This document shows, one piece after another, positions 37,612 to 50,859 of a DNA stretch of 64,000 bases. A program made the position numbers and the translations under genes. Within the stretch, counting starts at the first letter, position 1. Every line of letters begins with the position of its first letter. The stretch is from Octopus bimaculoides (taxonomy: Eukaryota): NCBI RefSeq assembly GCF_001194135.2, contig NC_068982.1, positions 68,329,300 through 68,393,299 on the forward strand, read 5' to 3'. A model generated the notes under the pieces. It worked only from the letters and a program-made list of their open reading frames with translations. It was not told the DNA's origin and did not search any database.

Positions 37612-38401
37612 TACAAGGTGCATTCCAGAAGTTTTTGAACTTTTTCATGAGAGACATTTATTAATTTCAAAGAAGTACAAAACTCTAATCTCCTTCAAAA
37701 TAGGATCCTCTGACTTCGGTGCACTTGTTGCAACACTCCAGCCACTTTGTGAAGGCCCTATAAAAGTCCTCTAAAGCGAAACTGTCCACGACCCATATCA
37801 CAGCCACCTTCATCTTCAAAACAACCTTCCCGAAGTTCTTCAGCTTGAACAACGAAAAGTCAGAGAACAAGGGCTGGACTGTAGGGAGGGTGAGGGATGA
37901 TTTTGATGCCCATCTCTGTCAAGTATTTGGTTAGCAGGATGCTCATCACTGAGCACCTTGAGAATAAATTTTGCACATGAATAATTCTCTGTATAGTTGC
38001 CCAACCAACTCCAAACTGTATGCTTATTTTCTTTATAGACATATAACAGACTTCATCCGCACATCATCTCCCACCTCTTCTCTATCGTCTGTGAACCATT
38101 TGTGCCAGCGAAAAATTAACCATTAACAATCTGGAACATTTCATAAGTTTCTGTAACATTTTCACCCCGTTTAACACAGAACTTTATGGCATAGTGAGCT
38201 TCCAAACAACCTGACTGAATAATGCAAACTAGTCAGCTGAGACAAGCAAAGTTTAATAGGATATGTTCAAAGTGCTGTTGCACAGCTAATTAGATATACT
38301 AAGATCATATTATAAAGACATACTAAAATTATAATTATCTAGTACATTTATAACTGCCTCTCCTAAAAAAATGCCTGAAAACTTCTGAAATATACTTAGT
38401 A
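37612..38401 (-). mobile_element. Internally deleted mariner element with both TIRs and TA TSDs
   Basis: TA-CAAGGTGCATTCCAGAAGTTTT ... AAAACTTCTGAAATATACTTAG-TA. Minus-strand peptides YAIKFCVKRGENVTETYEMF, PHPPYSPAL and FTKWLECCNKCTEVRGSYFEGD. Confidence 0.85.
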
Positions 38402-41019
38402 TATTATGAAGAATATATATAAGTATAAACACACATGCATACACACACACTCTCACACACTCATGCCCATACACATTCATGTATATTGTTTGTTTTATGT
38501 CAAGTTATATATGACAATAATTCAACATTAATCTAAAGGATTACTCAATACTTTTTATTAGAGAACATACTTATTGAACTTTTACAAGGTAAAGGTTGAA
38601 ATTGTGGCTTTGAATATTCAACTTGCCCACCTTCATCTGTCTGACAAAGGAAGTATGCCAAAACAGTGAAGTCACTGTGACATGTTTCTTCATAAAGTTA
38701 GATATATAATCAATCTGTATGTGTACACATGAATATATCCATAGGCATGGCTGTGTAGTTAAGAAGTTCTCTTTCCATTCATAATGTTTTGAGTTCAGTC
38801 CATCGCATGGCACCTTCAGCAAGTGTTTTCTACTAAAGCTCTGTAAATGGAAACTGGAAGAAGCTCATCGTGTTTGTGTGTGTGTACATCAATATATGTA
38901 TGTATATAAAGCTTGTCTTGTACACACACACACACACACACACATACATAGTAGTAGTATGGGAGTATGCATTGTGACAGTGCATCACCACATCCACCTT
39001 TTGTTGATGATACTCTAGTCCTGGTGGATGACACCTTTGCACCATTCAGGTGATAACCATCCAAACCAAGGATCTGTTTGGGTTGTTGCTGGTGAGGGTT
39101 TTACAAGGTCGGAGTACAAATCCTACATCAATCTCTTTTGGCTGTCTTTTGCAACATACAGAGGAAACATTGGGTCTACTTTAACATGCCAGTCCCCACA
39201 CTGCACGCACACACACACACACACATGCATACAATTTCTATCCACTAAATTTCAATCTCAACCTGAGGATATATTGGAAGGCACTTGCCCTAAAATGTTA
39301 TGCAGTGAAATAATCAGCAGCAGCAGCATTTAACGTCTGTTTTCCATGCTTGAATGGAGCTGGTAAGACAAGGAGCAACACCAGGCTTCATTGTCTGTTC
39401 TGGAATGGTTTCATTTGCTGGATGCCTTTCCTAATGCCAACCACTCCACAGAGTGTAATGGATGCTTTTTATGTGGCACCAGCACTGGTATCAATTCTGC
39501 TAAAATTACATTGTTCTGATACAAACTACTTTACCCACACAGCTATGCTTGCACCCATACTTGCCTTATAGTTATTCTATCTACCCTAGAATGCTGAAAA
39601 GCAAAGGCAACAGAGGTGGAGTTTGAACTCACAATATAAAGAAACATAACTAAATACCAAAATAGCATTTGTCTCCTTCTCTACCAATTCTATTAATCTT
39701 CTGGCCATCTCAGAGTAGATAATTGTTTCTAACAAGGCATGAGGCTTGAAATTTGAGCAGAGAGGGTTAGTCAATGCCATCAATTCCAGTACTTGACTGG
39801 TATTTCATTTTATCAACCTCAAAAGGCCTATTGGTTATGTTGTTGCACTTCCAATCATAAGATCACAGTTTTGATTCCTGAACCAGGCGGCATGTTGTGT
39901 TCTTGAGCAAAACACTTCATTTCACATTGCTCTAATTCATTCACCTTAAAATGAGCAGCCCTGTGATGACTAACATCCTGTTCAGAGGAAATGTGATAGC
40001 GGTCTCTTACTCGCCATAAAAACTGGGTAACTGGCTCCAGGAGTCCTATAACTTAAGACAGTAATGTCCAGAAATTGATGATGATGACAAGCATGAAAGG
40101 CAGTTTTAAGGATTCTACCAATCCCTGTAATTGTTTCTAACATTTGAAATTTGTGGCAGGGAAATTAGTTAATTATTTCAGTCCTAGTACTTAACTGGTA
40201 CTTTATTTTATCAACCCTGAAATGACGACATGCAAAACTGACCTTGGTGATTTAAACTCAGAACATAAGGAGCTGGACTTAATACCACAAAGTACTTGTT
40301 TTATGTTCTAATGATTCTACCAATCCACTACTTCTACAATTACTTCAAATATAAAAGCAAAGCTTGAAATTTGTGGGAAGCTAGGTTAATTAATTACGCC
40401 AACCTCAGTATTTGACTGGCACTTTATTTTATTCCTCTTAAAAAGCTGAAAGAAAATTTGACCTCTGCAAGATTTGAAAGCAGAATAAACACCACAAGAC
40501 ATTTTGTCCAATACTTTACCAATTCAGCCAATCCACTTATCTTTCTTCTGAGTAAATAGTAACAATGTCAAGTTTTATGTGTCTGTAAAAAAAAAAAATT
40601 TAGCTAATTTATATTAACATGATAAGCCCAACAGGATCCACTTGCTAATCAATGATATATGAGTTAATCTATATAAATTATACACTGGCAACATCTGGTC
40701 AGGCTAGAGGTTCACTTAACTTATTGTTTTCTCTGTTTCAATTGTTGCTTAATTTTACATATTTATTGATTTTGCTTTGTTAGAATCAGGTTTTATAGAA
40801 TTAGTGTTTTATATTTGCAGTATGGGGGTTTTTAACTGTAAAGATATTGACTATTAATTTTATATTAATATGTTGGCTCTATAGTTGAGGTAAATTGACT
40901 TAGTTCAAAGTGGTCTACTGTATTATGTCTTTGTGAATAAAGTCAAAGTTCAGAAGAGTGAGCCTTATAGTTTAATGTGCTTGCTTATGATCATACAAAG
41001 TGTAGTTTATTGTTTCATC

Positions 41020-41412
41020 ATCATCATCATCATCATCGTTTAACGTCCGCTTTCCATGCTAGCATGGGTTGGACGATTTGACTGAGGACTGATGAAACCA
41101 CCTGGCTACACCAGGCTCCAATCTGATTTGGCAGAGTTTCTACAGCTGGATGTCCCCTTCCTAACGCCAACCACTCAGAGAGTGTAGTGGGTGCTTTTAC
41201 GTGTCACCCGCACGAAGGCCAGTCAGGCGGTACTGGCAACGGCCACGCTCAAAATGATGCATTTTATGTGCCACCCACACAAGAGCCAGTCCAGGGGCAC
41301 TGGCAACAATCTCGCTCAAAAATCCCACGAAGGCCAGCCAGGTGGCACTGGCAACGGTCACGCTCAAAATGGTGCATTTCATGTGTCACCCGCACAAGAG
41401 CCAGTCCAGGGG
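41020..41412 (-). mobile_element. Young RTE 3'UTR copy with an internal duplication of about 117 bp
   Basis: Match to the 3'UTR of 2571-3899; the 'cgaaggccag...gagccagtccagggg' block occurs twice. Confidence 0.85.
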
Positions 41413-42401
41413 TACTATAACAGTACTTCTCAAAATGGGCAATATCATCCAGTGGAAATGGTGAAAAATTTTATATTTGTACTAAAGACAAGGAGATTGT
41501 GCAGGAAATTTGTGAGGAGGTGGGTTAGTCAATTACATTGACCCCCAGTACTTGACTGGTACTTTATTTTATTCTTCTTGAAAAGATAAAATACAAATAT
41601 GACTCCAGCAAGATTTGAACTCAGAACAAATACCTTGAGATATTTTGTCCAAAGCTCTAACAATTCAGTTGTACAGTCTTTTTTTTCTTTTTTAGTTTTT
41701 GACACGCATTTAAATATTAACTTTCAAAATATAAATTTAAAATGTAATATGGTAAACTGCTTGTTAGCTACAATCATAACAGCTATAACTATAACCATAA
41801 CATCAACAAAAATAACCTCAAAATGTGAATAAGTAAATAAGCAAAACCAAATATATACCAGCTATGTTTATAGAAGTGTGGTGTTGTTGTAAGCAATCAC
41901 CTGTATCAAATTAGTACCTGGAATTAAATTATTCTGGCCGGATATTACATCAATTAAAAATGAATGGGAAGGATTTGAGTTGTAGCAAGGAGACATTGAA
42001 AACGTGTTAGTTATAGAAAAGAGGTCAGAATTAAAAATAGTTTGAGAACACTGCTGTATAGTGTTTAGTTACATTGATGTTTTATATATTGACTTGCTAA
42101 TTTAATTTTTAAGTCTCAGGCTGACACCAAATATGAATTCAATTGGTCTGTTGCAGTTTCGATGACTCAAGATTTGTTATGTGTGTTATGCATGTATGGC
42201 TGTGTGGTTAAGGAGCTGTCTTCCCAACCATGTGGCCCCTGGTTCAGTCCTACTATGTGACACCTTGGACAAGTGTCTCCTGTGGTCTCTAGGTCTTGTA
42301 AGTAAATTTAGTAGGTGGAAACTAGCAGAAACCCAGTGTACGTATGTGTATGCTTGTGTACACACATATGTATATACATTTACAAATATACACACTTACA
42401 T

Positions 42402-42493
42402 ATGTATATAGCTCAGTTGGTAGAGCATCAGACTTTTATAAGTCAACCTTCAAAGTAATCTGAGGGCCACAAGTTTGAGACCCTCTGCAGGTG
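42402..42493 (+). pseudogene. Intron-containing tRNA-Lys(TTT) pseudogene
   Basis: D arm TAGCTCAGTTGGTAGAGC; anticodon arm TCAGA-CTTTTA-[19-nt intron 42439-42457]-A-TCTGA. T stem and acceptor stem are broken. Confidence 0.8.
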
Positions 42494-42887
42494 TATGACT
42501 TCTTAGGCTCAGGCGTGGCTGTGTGGTAAGAAGCATTCTTCCAAATCACATGGTTTTGGTTTCAGTCCCACTGCATGCTACCTTGGGCAGTGTCTGCTAC
42601 TATAGCCTAGGGCCGACCAAAGCCTTGTGAGGGGATCTGATAGCTTGTCGCATGTATATTTGTGTATATGTGTATTGTGTGTATGTATATTTGTGTATAT
42701 GTATGTATGTATGTTTCTGCATATGTATGTATGTTTGTGTATGTTTGTGTCTACATATACATATATGCATGTTTGTGTATATATATACATATGCATGTTT
42801 GTGTGTGTATATATATGTATGTTTGTGTATATATATACATATATATATGTATGTTTGCGTATATATATACATATATATATGTATGTT

Positions 42888-42992
<105 letters not shown>

Positions 42993-43349
42993 GTGTACCT
43001 TTGTTAATGAGCATCACTGCCATAGAAGTGATGTTGTTTGTTTCTAATCTTCCATGGAAAACACTGCTGGTCACATGAAAAAATTACCTTAATTCGAAAT
43101 CAGCTCGGCTTGGTGACAGGAAAGGGTTCCAGTCATCGAAAATCTGACTCAACAAGATTATGTATTACCCATGCAAGCCTGAAAAGAAATATTGAGCAGC
43201 AGTAATGATGATGATGTATTTTTTGCATTAACAGCGATTTGGGAGCAATGTTGCATATTATTCCTGCATGGTTTGTATATGAATGGATCAATGGTTCATG
43301 GATGTGATTTTTTAAAATTTATTTATTTGTATTTTTCTTTCTTTTTGCC

Positions 43350-43790
43350 ACCCATGCCAACATCGTCTCCTTCATTGGACACGAAACTCGGCTTGCGAAG
43401 ACCTGTTGGGGCAAGCAAAAGTGAAATCGTGATGGCATCTGTGCCCAGCATTGCCTTCCTGGCACTTGTGCCGGTGGCACATGTAAAGACATTCAAGTGA
43501 GATCATTACCAGTGCCCCTGGACTGGCTCCTGTGCACGTGGCACGTAAAATACACCATTTTGACCGTGGTCATTGCCAGTACTGCCTGACTGGCCTTCGT
43601 GCTGGTGGCACATAAAAGCACCCACTACACTCTCGGAGTGGTTGACGTTAGGAAGGGCATCCAGCTGTAGAAACTCTGCCAGATCAGATTGGAGCCTGGT
43701 GCAGCCATCTGGTTCACCAGTCCTCAGTCAAATCGTCCAACCCATGCTAGCGTGGAAAGCGGACATTAAACGATGATGATGATGATGATT
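43350..43790 (+). mobile_element. Young RTE 3'UTR copy with (GAT)n tail
   Basis: Collinear with about 3465-3899. Confidence 0.88.
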
Positions 43791-44430
43791 TAGTCAGTAC
43801 CCATGGTTATTTACAGGATTTCTGAGAGGAGGGAAGGTGTGTGCAAACCAGAGATCTGGTCTGAATGCCTGCAACTAAGTGGTTTCTACTTAAGGGACTC
43901 AAAGTGCCAGATGGTAATGTTTAAAGTAGGTGTTGGGTCAAGTCGGCCATGGTGGGATTTGCACTCCAAGTATAAAGTGCTGGAACAAATATCATAATGC
44001 ATTAAGTACAACATTCATGCAGTTCTGACACCCCATGACCCTAGATTGATACGTTTTGTTTTTTACCCTGAAAGGGTGAAAGGCAAAGTTGATCACTGCA
44101 GTGTTTAAACTCAGAGCACAGAGAGATCAAACAAACCCACTGACAACTTTACCAATTTACCAGGCTTGTATAGACAAAAGACTGCATCTAAACCTTTACA
44201 TGTACCTTTACATAAATACATTTATATGTGTCTGTAAGCCTACACCTTTATTCATATACTGACACATGCTTATATGCATTCAGACATATTTGCATTTTTG
44301 TGAATATTCAAGGTCTACATCTATTATTCTATAATTGCACATTAATATGTTACAGAGCACATGTATATATATAAATGTATAGCTTTATGAATACATGATT
44401 TTAATTCTGCTCCCATGAGTGTATGAATGT

Positions 44431-44810
44431 AGAGTGGCTATGTGGTAAGTAGCTTGCTTACCAACCATATGGTTCTGAGTTCAATCCCACTGCATGGCAT
44501 CTTGGGCAAGTGTCTTCTACTATAGCCTCAGGCCAACCAAAGCCTTATAAATGGATTTGGTAGACAGAAACTGAAAGAAGCCTATCATATATGTTTGTGT
44601 GTCTGTGTTTGTTCCCCCACCCCACCCCACCATTGCTTGACAACCGATGTTGGTGTGTTTATGATCCCTGTAACTTAGCAGTTCAACAAAAGAGACTGAT
44701 AGAATAAGTACTAGACTTACAAAGAATAAGTCCTGGGTCGAGGTGTTCAACTAAAGGCAGTGTTCTAGCATGGCTGCAGTCAAATGACTGAAACAAACAA
44801 AAGAAAGGAA
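44431..44810 (+). mobile_element. tRNA-derived SINE family A, full length (reference copy)
   Basis: A-box-like TGGCTATGTGG, B-box-like GAGTTCAATCCC, CORE-like 'cttgggcaagtgtctt', tail 'gactgaaacaa'. About 15 further partial copies occur, e.g. 7110, 11620, 22255, 31783, 33240, 36865, 38745, 42195, 42515, 46190, 47520, 48020, 52785, 53610 and 61990. Confidence 0.85.
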
Positions 44811-45364
44811 TATGTAAATATACAAAGTTGAATGGCAAGTTTAACTACTTGAATTGTTTGTTATTTATTCACCTCAACACTAACATAATTTATTTCATTA
44901 CAACTCTTTTTGTAGCTCTATCTAAAGAATAACAGCCTTTCTTTATTCTTATTCTTATGTCTGTCCAACTAGTAAGTGCCATAAAGTAGAACAGCAGATA
45001 GAGGCCAATGTGATTTTAAAAATAGTTTTAGAAGCCCATTGAATGGCTGTGCATATAAGTTGCTTGACTACTAACTACATAGTCAAGTGTTCAAACTCCA
45101 CTATAGCTATTGTATTGGATCCCTAGGCAATATCATTACTTTAAACAAACATTTAAATCAGCTCAAATATGTTTACAATGCCAACCTAGGTTAGGACAAA
45201 ATATTATACTAAGCATATAGATAGAAATGAATTCACTGTTCCACCTAGCTGTTGGTATTTTTAATACTTACTGCTGAAGGCCAGTAATACTTACTGCCTG
45301 CTCCACTTGTTGTAGCTCTTCGCTATTTATTTGTAGTGGAACAACTCACTTCTCTCGCTCAGGG

Positions 45365-45720
45365 TGTCCTCCACAACAATCTTATTCAGTGAGCTCACTT
45401 TAGAGAAAGACCTCAAGGTTGCCCTCTTCGAAGATACAAGGACCAACTCAAAGCAACTCTGAAGGCCACTGGAATTGAGCCTTAATCATTTGAAACACAA
45501 GCCCGAGACTGTATCAGGTGGCAAAGTTCCATCACCATTGGAACCAAAAACTTCAAAGCCAACAGAAGAGAAAATGAAGAAATCAAACAACAGGAGAGAA
45601 AAGCTTGACAAAATCAACTTTGTCCTCCACCAACATTACCATGCAGTCAATGCCATTGACTCCTCTTTGCAAGAACTGATCTACAGACATCAATGCCATT
45701 ATCATAAAGAAAGCATTCAG
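45365..45720 (+). mobile_element. Decayed C-terminus of a BovB-like RTE ORF2 (a different lineage)
   Basis: ILFSELT../RPQGCPLRRYKDQLKATLKATGIEP*SFETQARDCIRWQSSITIGTKNFKANRRENEEIKQQERK, then a CSQC..zinc-knuckle-like remnant. Confidence 0.7.
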
Positions 45721-45767
45721 CAAAGAAGAAAATAAATACTTGGATACAAGATAAAGCTGCCTATGAC

Positions 45768-45811
<44 letters not shown>

Positions 45812-45813
45812 GA

Positions 45814-46132
45814 GCACTCCATCGGTTACGACGACGAAGGTCCCAGCTGATACGATCAACGGAACAGCTTGCTCGTGAAATTAACGTGCAAGTGACTGAG
45901 CAACCCACAGACACGTGTACCCCTAATGTAGTTAGTTCTCAGGGAAACTCAGCGTGACACAGTGACAAGGCCGGACCTTTGAAATACAGGTACTAGTCAT
46001 TTTTACCAGTTGAGTGGACTGGAGCAATGTGAAATAAAGTGTCTTACTCAAGGACACAATGCATCGCCGGGAATTGAACTCACAACCTTACGACTGTGAG
46101 CCGAATGCCCTAACCACTAAGCCACGCGCCTT

Positions 46133-46133
<1 letters not shown>
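45814..46133 (-). mobile_element. Full-length tRNA-derived SINE family C
   Basis: Minus strand: A box TGGCTTAGTGG, B box GAGTTCAATTCC, central 'gtgtccttgag.aagacacttta' core, tail 'gtcgtcgtaaccgatggagtgc'. Confidence 0.85.
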
Positions 46134-46189
<56 letters not shown>

Positions 46190-48477
46190 GATGGACTTTC
46201 ACACAGTTTCCATCTACTAAATCCATTCACAAGGCATTGCTCAGTTAGGATGGGGGGCTATAATAGAAATCACTTACTTAAGATGTCTCACAATGGGAGT
46301 GAGCCCAAAACTGCAAAGCAGGTTTCTTAACCACATTTTTGTTTTTACTCATATGGACTTCTTTTGTTTCAAAATTTATGTAAAATATCAGAAAAACAAG
46401 AGCTAAAAATAAAAAACTAAAACAGATTGTTCACTTTTACAAATGAAACCTACCTTAAAGATATTAGACTTTTTCTTGTTTTCTGTTTGTTTGTTTTTAT
46501 TATTATTTTGTCATTTTTATGTCAACCAGTTCCTTGAAACTAGTCTAAGTTTCATAGTCAGACTGAAATGTGCTGCTTGATTAGCAAGTTTCTAATAGTG
46601 AGTATAAAGAGTTTGCTCCGAAAAGCCTTTTGTGTTTGAATAATAACAATGAGAAACATGGTAAGCTTGCAAGAAATTGAAGCTGAAAGGAGACAGAAAG
46701 TATACTGAAGGAGAAATCTGAACAATGCACAGACAGTGCACACTCATACATTGGCAATGTGAATGCATCATCATCATCATTGTCATCATATTCCTCATAA
46801 TTTATATGAACATCATCATCATTGTCATCATTATCATTATCATCATTATTTGAGATAAAGATACAGAGTTTGCAGTGTCAAACAAGGTATTGTTAAAACA
46901 GTGTTAACTAGTTGGACATTCGAAAGCTTTGATAACCAGGTGCTGTTGTTATTGTTGTTGTTTCTACTACTACTACTACTGCTGTTGTTTGTCTTCTAAA
47001 TCTTGTTAAAGCTGTTTCAGTGGGAAGCAGCAGATATGCAATAAATTTGCAAACGAAAAATTGAAACACTAGATAGGTTGACAGTTACAAAGCATTTTGT
47101 CAGGGATGTTTAAATGATGTAAGTTTCGTCATCATTGTCATCATCATCATCATTTAATGTCCATTGTCCATGCTGGCATGGGTTGGACAGTCCACCTAGA
47201 ACTGGCAAGCTGAGAAGCTGCACCAGGTTCCAGTCGAATTTGGCATGCCCTTTCTAATACCAATCACTTGACAGTGTGTGCTGGGTGCTTTCTATGTGGC
47301 ACCACACAAGCGATTTTACATGGTACCGGCATGTCTTATACTTGTTTCAATGCAGAGGACTGCAGTTATTCTGGAACACTGCCTTATACTGTTATTCAAA
47401 CAAATCAACCCCCAGTACTTATTTTAAGATTCTTTTATCAAACTGCAAAGTTACAAAGAATATAAATAATCAATTGTGAAGCAGTGGAGGGGTACAGGCA
47501 CAAAGACACACACATAGATATAAACAGGCTTTTGTATAGTTTCTGTTTACCAAATTCACTCACAAGGCATTGGTTGGCCTGGACATATAATAGAAGACAC
47601 TTATTCAAGATGTCATTCAGTAGGACTGAACCTAAAACCATGTGGTTGTAAGTAAGCTTCCTAACCACACAACCATGTCTGCACTTGTTCAAGAAGAATA
47701 GCGAGTGCTCACCTTGTGGCCTTCAAAGGCCCTCCACGACCAATACAATTGAAGCAACACCCACTAGAAAAATACAAACAATGAGAGAATTCCGGAAGGT
47801 TGACATTCTCGGTGGGAAGGACTGGGCATCAGGATTACAGTGTCTCAATTACTTACTTTGATTTATTTAGTCTTTGTTCTATTGATCATTTAAAACTTTA
47901 TGAAATACATGAAAGGGTACTAATTATAAGTGTTAGAAATGTCAAGAATGTTCTACGTTGTGTAATGTAGTAGGCACACCAGATGCACAAAATAAATATC
48001 AAACTTGGTTTAGCTTTCATTACATTCTTTTACTTGTTTCAGTCATTGAACTGTGGCCATGCTGGAGCACTGCCTTGAAGGGTTTTAGTCGAACAAATCA
48101 ACCCCAGAACTTATTTTATTGGTCTCTTTTGCTGAACCACTAAATTATGGGGACATTAACACACCAACACCAGTTATCAAGCGGTGATGGGTCGAGGGAC
48201 AAGCACAAAGACACACACACATAGATATATAGGGTGTGATGAATAAATTTTTGTCTAAATTACACAAAAATGAAAATAACACTGACATCTCATTTTAACA
48301 GATATATTACATAAAAATATCTTGAAATACTAAAGAGTAAATTTATTCAATAAATTACCTTTATCTCTTCCCTACCTCAAATTTTAATACCCTGTATCTT
48401 TAAATGTAAGTTATATATTTCTTATCATTTTCTATAAATTCTTATTATTTTGTTTTCTTACTTTGATACCCTTACCT

Positions 48478-49185
48478 GTTAACTTCTTATCCCTTAAAGT
48501 TGTTACTGTTCTTAAATAGAGATTTTTCAGCTACTAGGTCTATGCAAGATGGTTATACTATATCCATACAAACGTATAAATATTTGTATATGTGTATATA
48601 TGCATATATGTGCATAACCTATTAACCTCTTATCCCTTATAAATTGTTATTTTTGTTCGTAAATAGATACTTTTTAGTTACTTAAATCTATGCAAGATGG
48701 TTATACTGTATCCATATAAACATATAAATATTTGTGTATGTATGTATGCATGTGTGCACATTTACTACATATGTGGGAAATTCTGTCTGTGGGTGTGTTT
48801 GTGGAGTTGTTAGCTAACTCCTCCCACATCATTTTATCGATTTTGCTGAAACTTGACACGTGAGTAGAACTCATGTCTGGAAACCTCATGGCATACTCAG
48901 ATTGTTGAAAAAAATCGATAATAGGGCCCCTGGAAGGGTTCCTTATATATATCTAATATATTTTATTTTAAAAACCAAGGGAAATAACCCATTCATTTTC
49001 CTAAATTATTTGGTAAAAATGAAATTGAGTATGCTTATTTCTTAGTATTTGAACTGTTAAAGTTATTTTCCCAATTTATCCAGAACAACCCTTAAACAAG
49101 TAAATAGTATTTTCCTAAACAATAGATCCACTTATTTCGCGAATATACCAACACTAGCGCCCCTAAGGGTAATATTCTCTGGGAA
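48478..49185. mobile_element. Possible non-autonomous Helitron/DINE-like repeat with a tandem duplication of about 148 bp
   Basis: Block 'ttaac.tcttatccctta...tatgcaagatggttatact.tatccata' occurs twice (about 48478 and 48623), followed by 'tctgtctgtg...tcgattttgctgaaacttg'. The class assignment rests on motif resemblance only. Confidence 0.3.
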
Positions 49186-49298
49186 CAAACAAAAGCCCTT
49201 TTCAGAGTTATTTACTTTGAATTGTTATTATCTCATATCTGGTTACCTATTATTACATAGCATGCTTCATGATTTTGATGATGATTATGGCCCTCTGC

Positions 49299-49445
49299 CA
49301 TTAGAATCTGACAAGTCATCTATAAAGTTAAGCACTTTATGGTGGCAAAACCATTGGTCACTCTATGACCGGACATATATTTAACTGCATGTTAATATAT
49401 TACTGCTCTATTCTTTAGAGTAGGCTTCATTTCCGGATATATGAT
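49299..49445 (+). mobile_element. Second locus of hammerhead family 2, catalytic core mutated
   Basis: CATTAGAAT-CTGACAA-stem II-AAAAC-CATTGGTC-ACTCTATG; collinear with 34654-34797. Confidence 0.75.
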
Positions 49446-50622
49446 CCACTGCCTCTCTCTATACATATATATATATATATATATATGTCTTCACCATATC
49501 ATCATCAATAACTTTACACTGCAACAACAAAGTGTCTGTTAGTGCATGATTGGCTTCAGAGGTGGGGAAAAATGGGAATTGTGACTTTCACGTCTTTCCT
49601 AAGGACAATTAATGATTTATATTTATAAAAATCAATATAAAGCACCATTGTACTAGTATATGCTGTCTAAAAAGTCACCACTACCACTACATACACTTCC
49701 CAGCCACGTCTCTTTTGCTTTCTTTTCATATCATTTCATCTGATATTAAATGGAATATTTGTTGCCAAAGTGTTTTATTTCGTGGACTTATGTATCGATC
49801 TATAAATGTTCTTTGAATTTCTAACAGCTTCATGAAAGAAAATTACATTTCACGATGAAGAAGAAGACAGAAAAAATATAAACATGCCAAAGAAAACTAT
49901 TCACCATTAGGATTATAGAATTATAGAACAATACAATAATGTATATTTTCATGTTTGAATATATGTGTGTGTGTGTGTGGACATACTTATTCTATACATA
50001 ATAGTGCGTCTTCATCAAGACAGAACAAGTAACTGTAAAATACGAATGTATTTCTTTTTAATTAAATAGAAAACTGAAATGAGACAAAATTTCCTTAAAT
50101 CAATATGTGCTATATGTGTGTGTATGTGTGTGTGAGAGAGAAGTGGGTGCATGAAGAAGTGTGTGTGTGTTGAAGTGTTTAGGGAGGGATGTGTGTGTTG
50201 GAAAGGATATTTATGTAGGGAGGGAGGGGTGCTGGAAGTGATGTGTACGGAGGGACATGTATTCATCAAAGATTTATGTAGGTGTGTGTGTAAGCATTTA
50301 GGGAGTGATGTGTCTATACATTGAGAGGGTTGTGTTTGTTGAGGGATGTGTGTGGGTGAGCATTTTGCATATTTTATGTCTGCTGAATATAGTATTTAGA
50401 AAACCAATTGGAAATATGTTGTATCAGTTATTTATATTTTCATCTTACTTTAGCTAAATATTTGTTTCAAAAGAAATGGGTTAATCTTGCGTAAGCCAAG
50501 TTTTTCCTATTTCTTGTAATAATGAATCTAATATATACTGCTATTTTACAGTTTATGTGTGTGTGTGAGAGAGAGGAGCAGAGAGAGAGAGTGTGTGTGC
50601 ATATGAGTATGTGTGAGAGTGA

Positions 50623-50660
<38 letters not shown>

Positions 50661-50859
50661 TCTAGTAAAGACATTTCAACCACTATGCCATTCGGCAGTT
50701 TTGTGCCATATATAGTCCACATGTGGTATGAGGCTTTCAGGTCTGGCAGAAAATACCAGAATATTTAGAAAACTTGAAGCATTTTAATGAACTGCATCAG
50801 TACATGTGTAGTTGTTTGTGCCAAAATGCAATATGTAAACCCATCTAATACTCATACAT

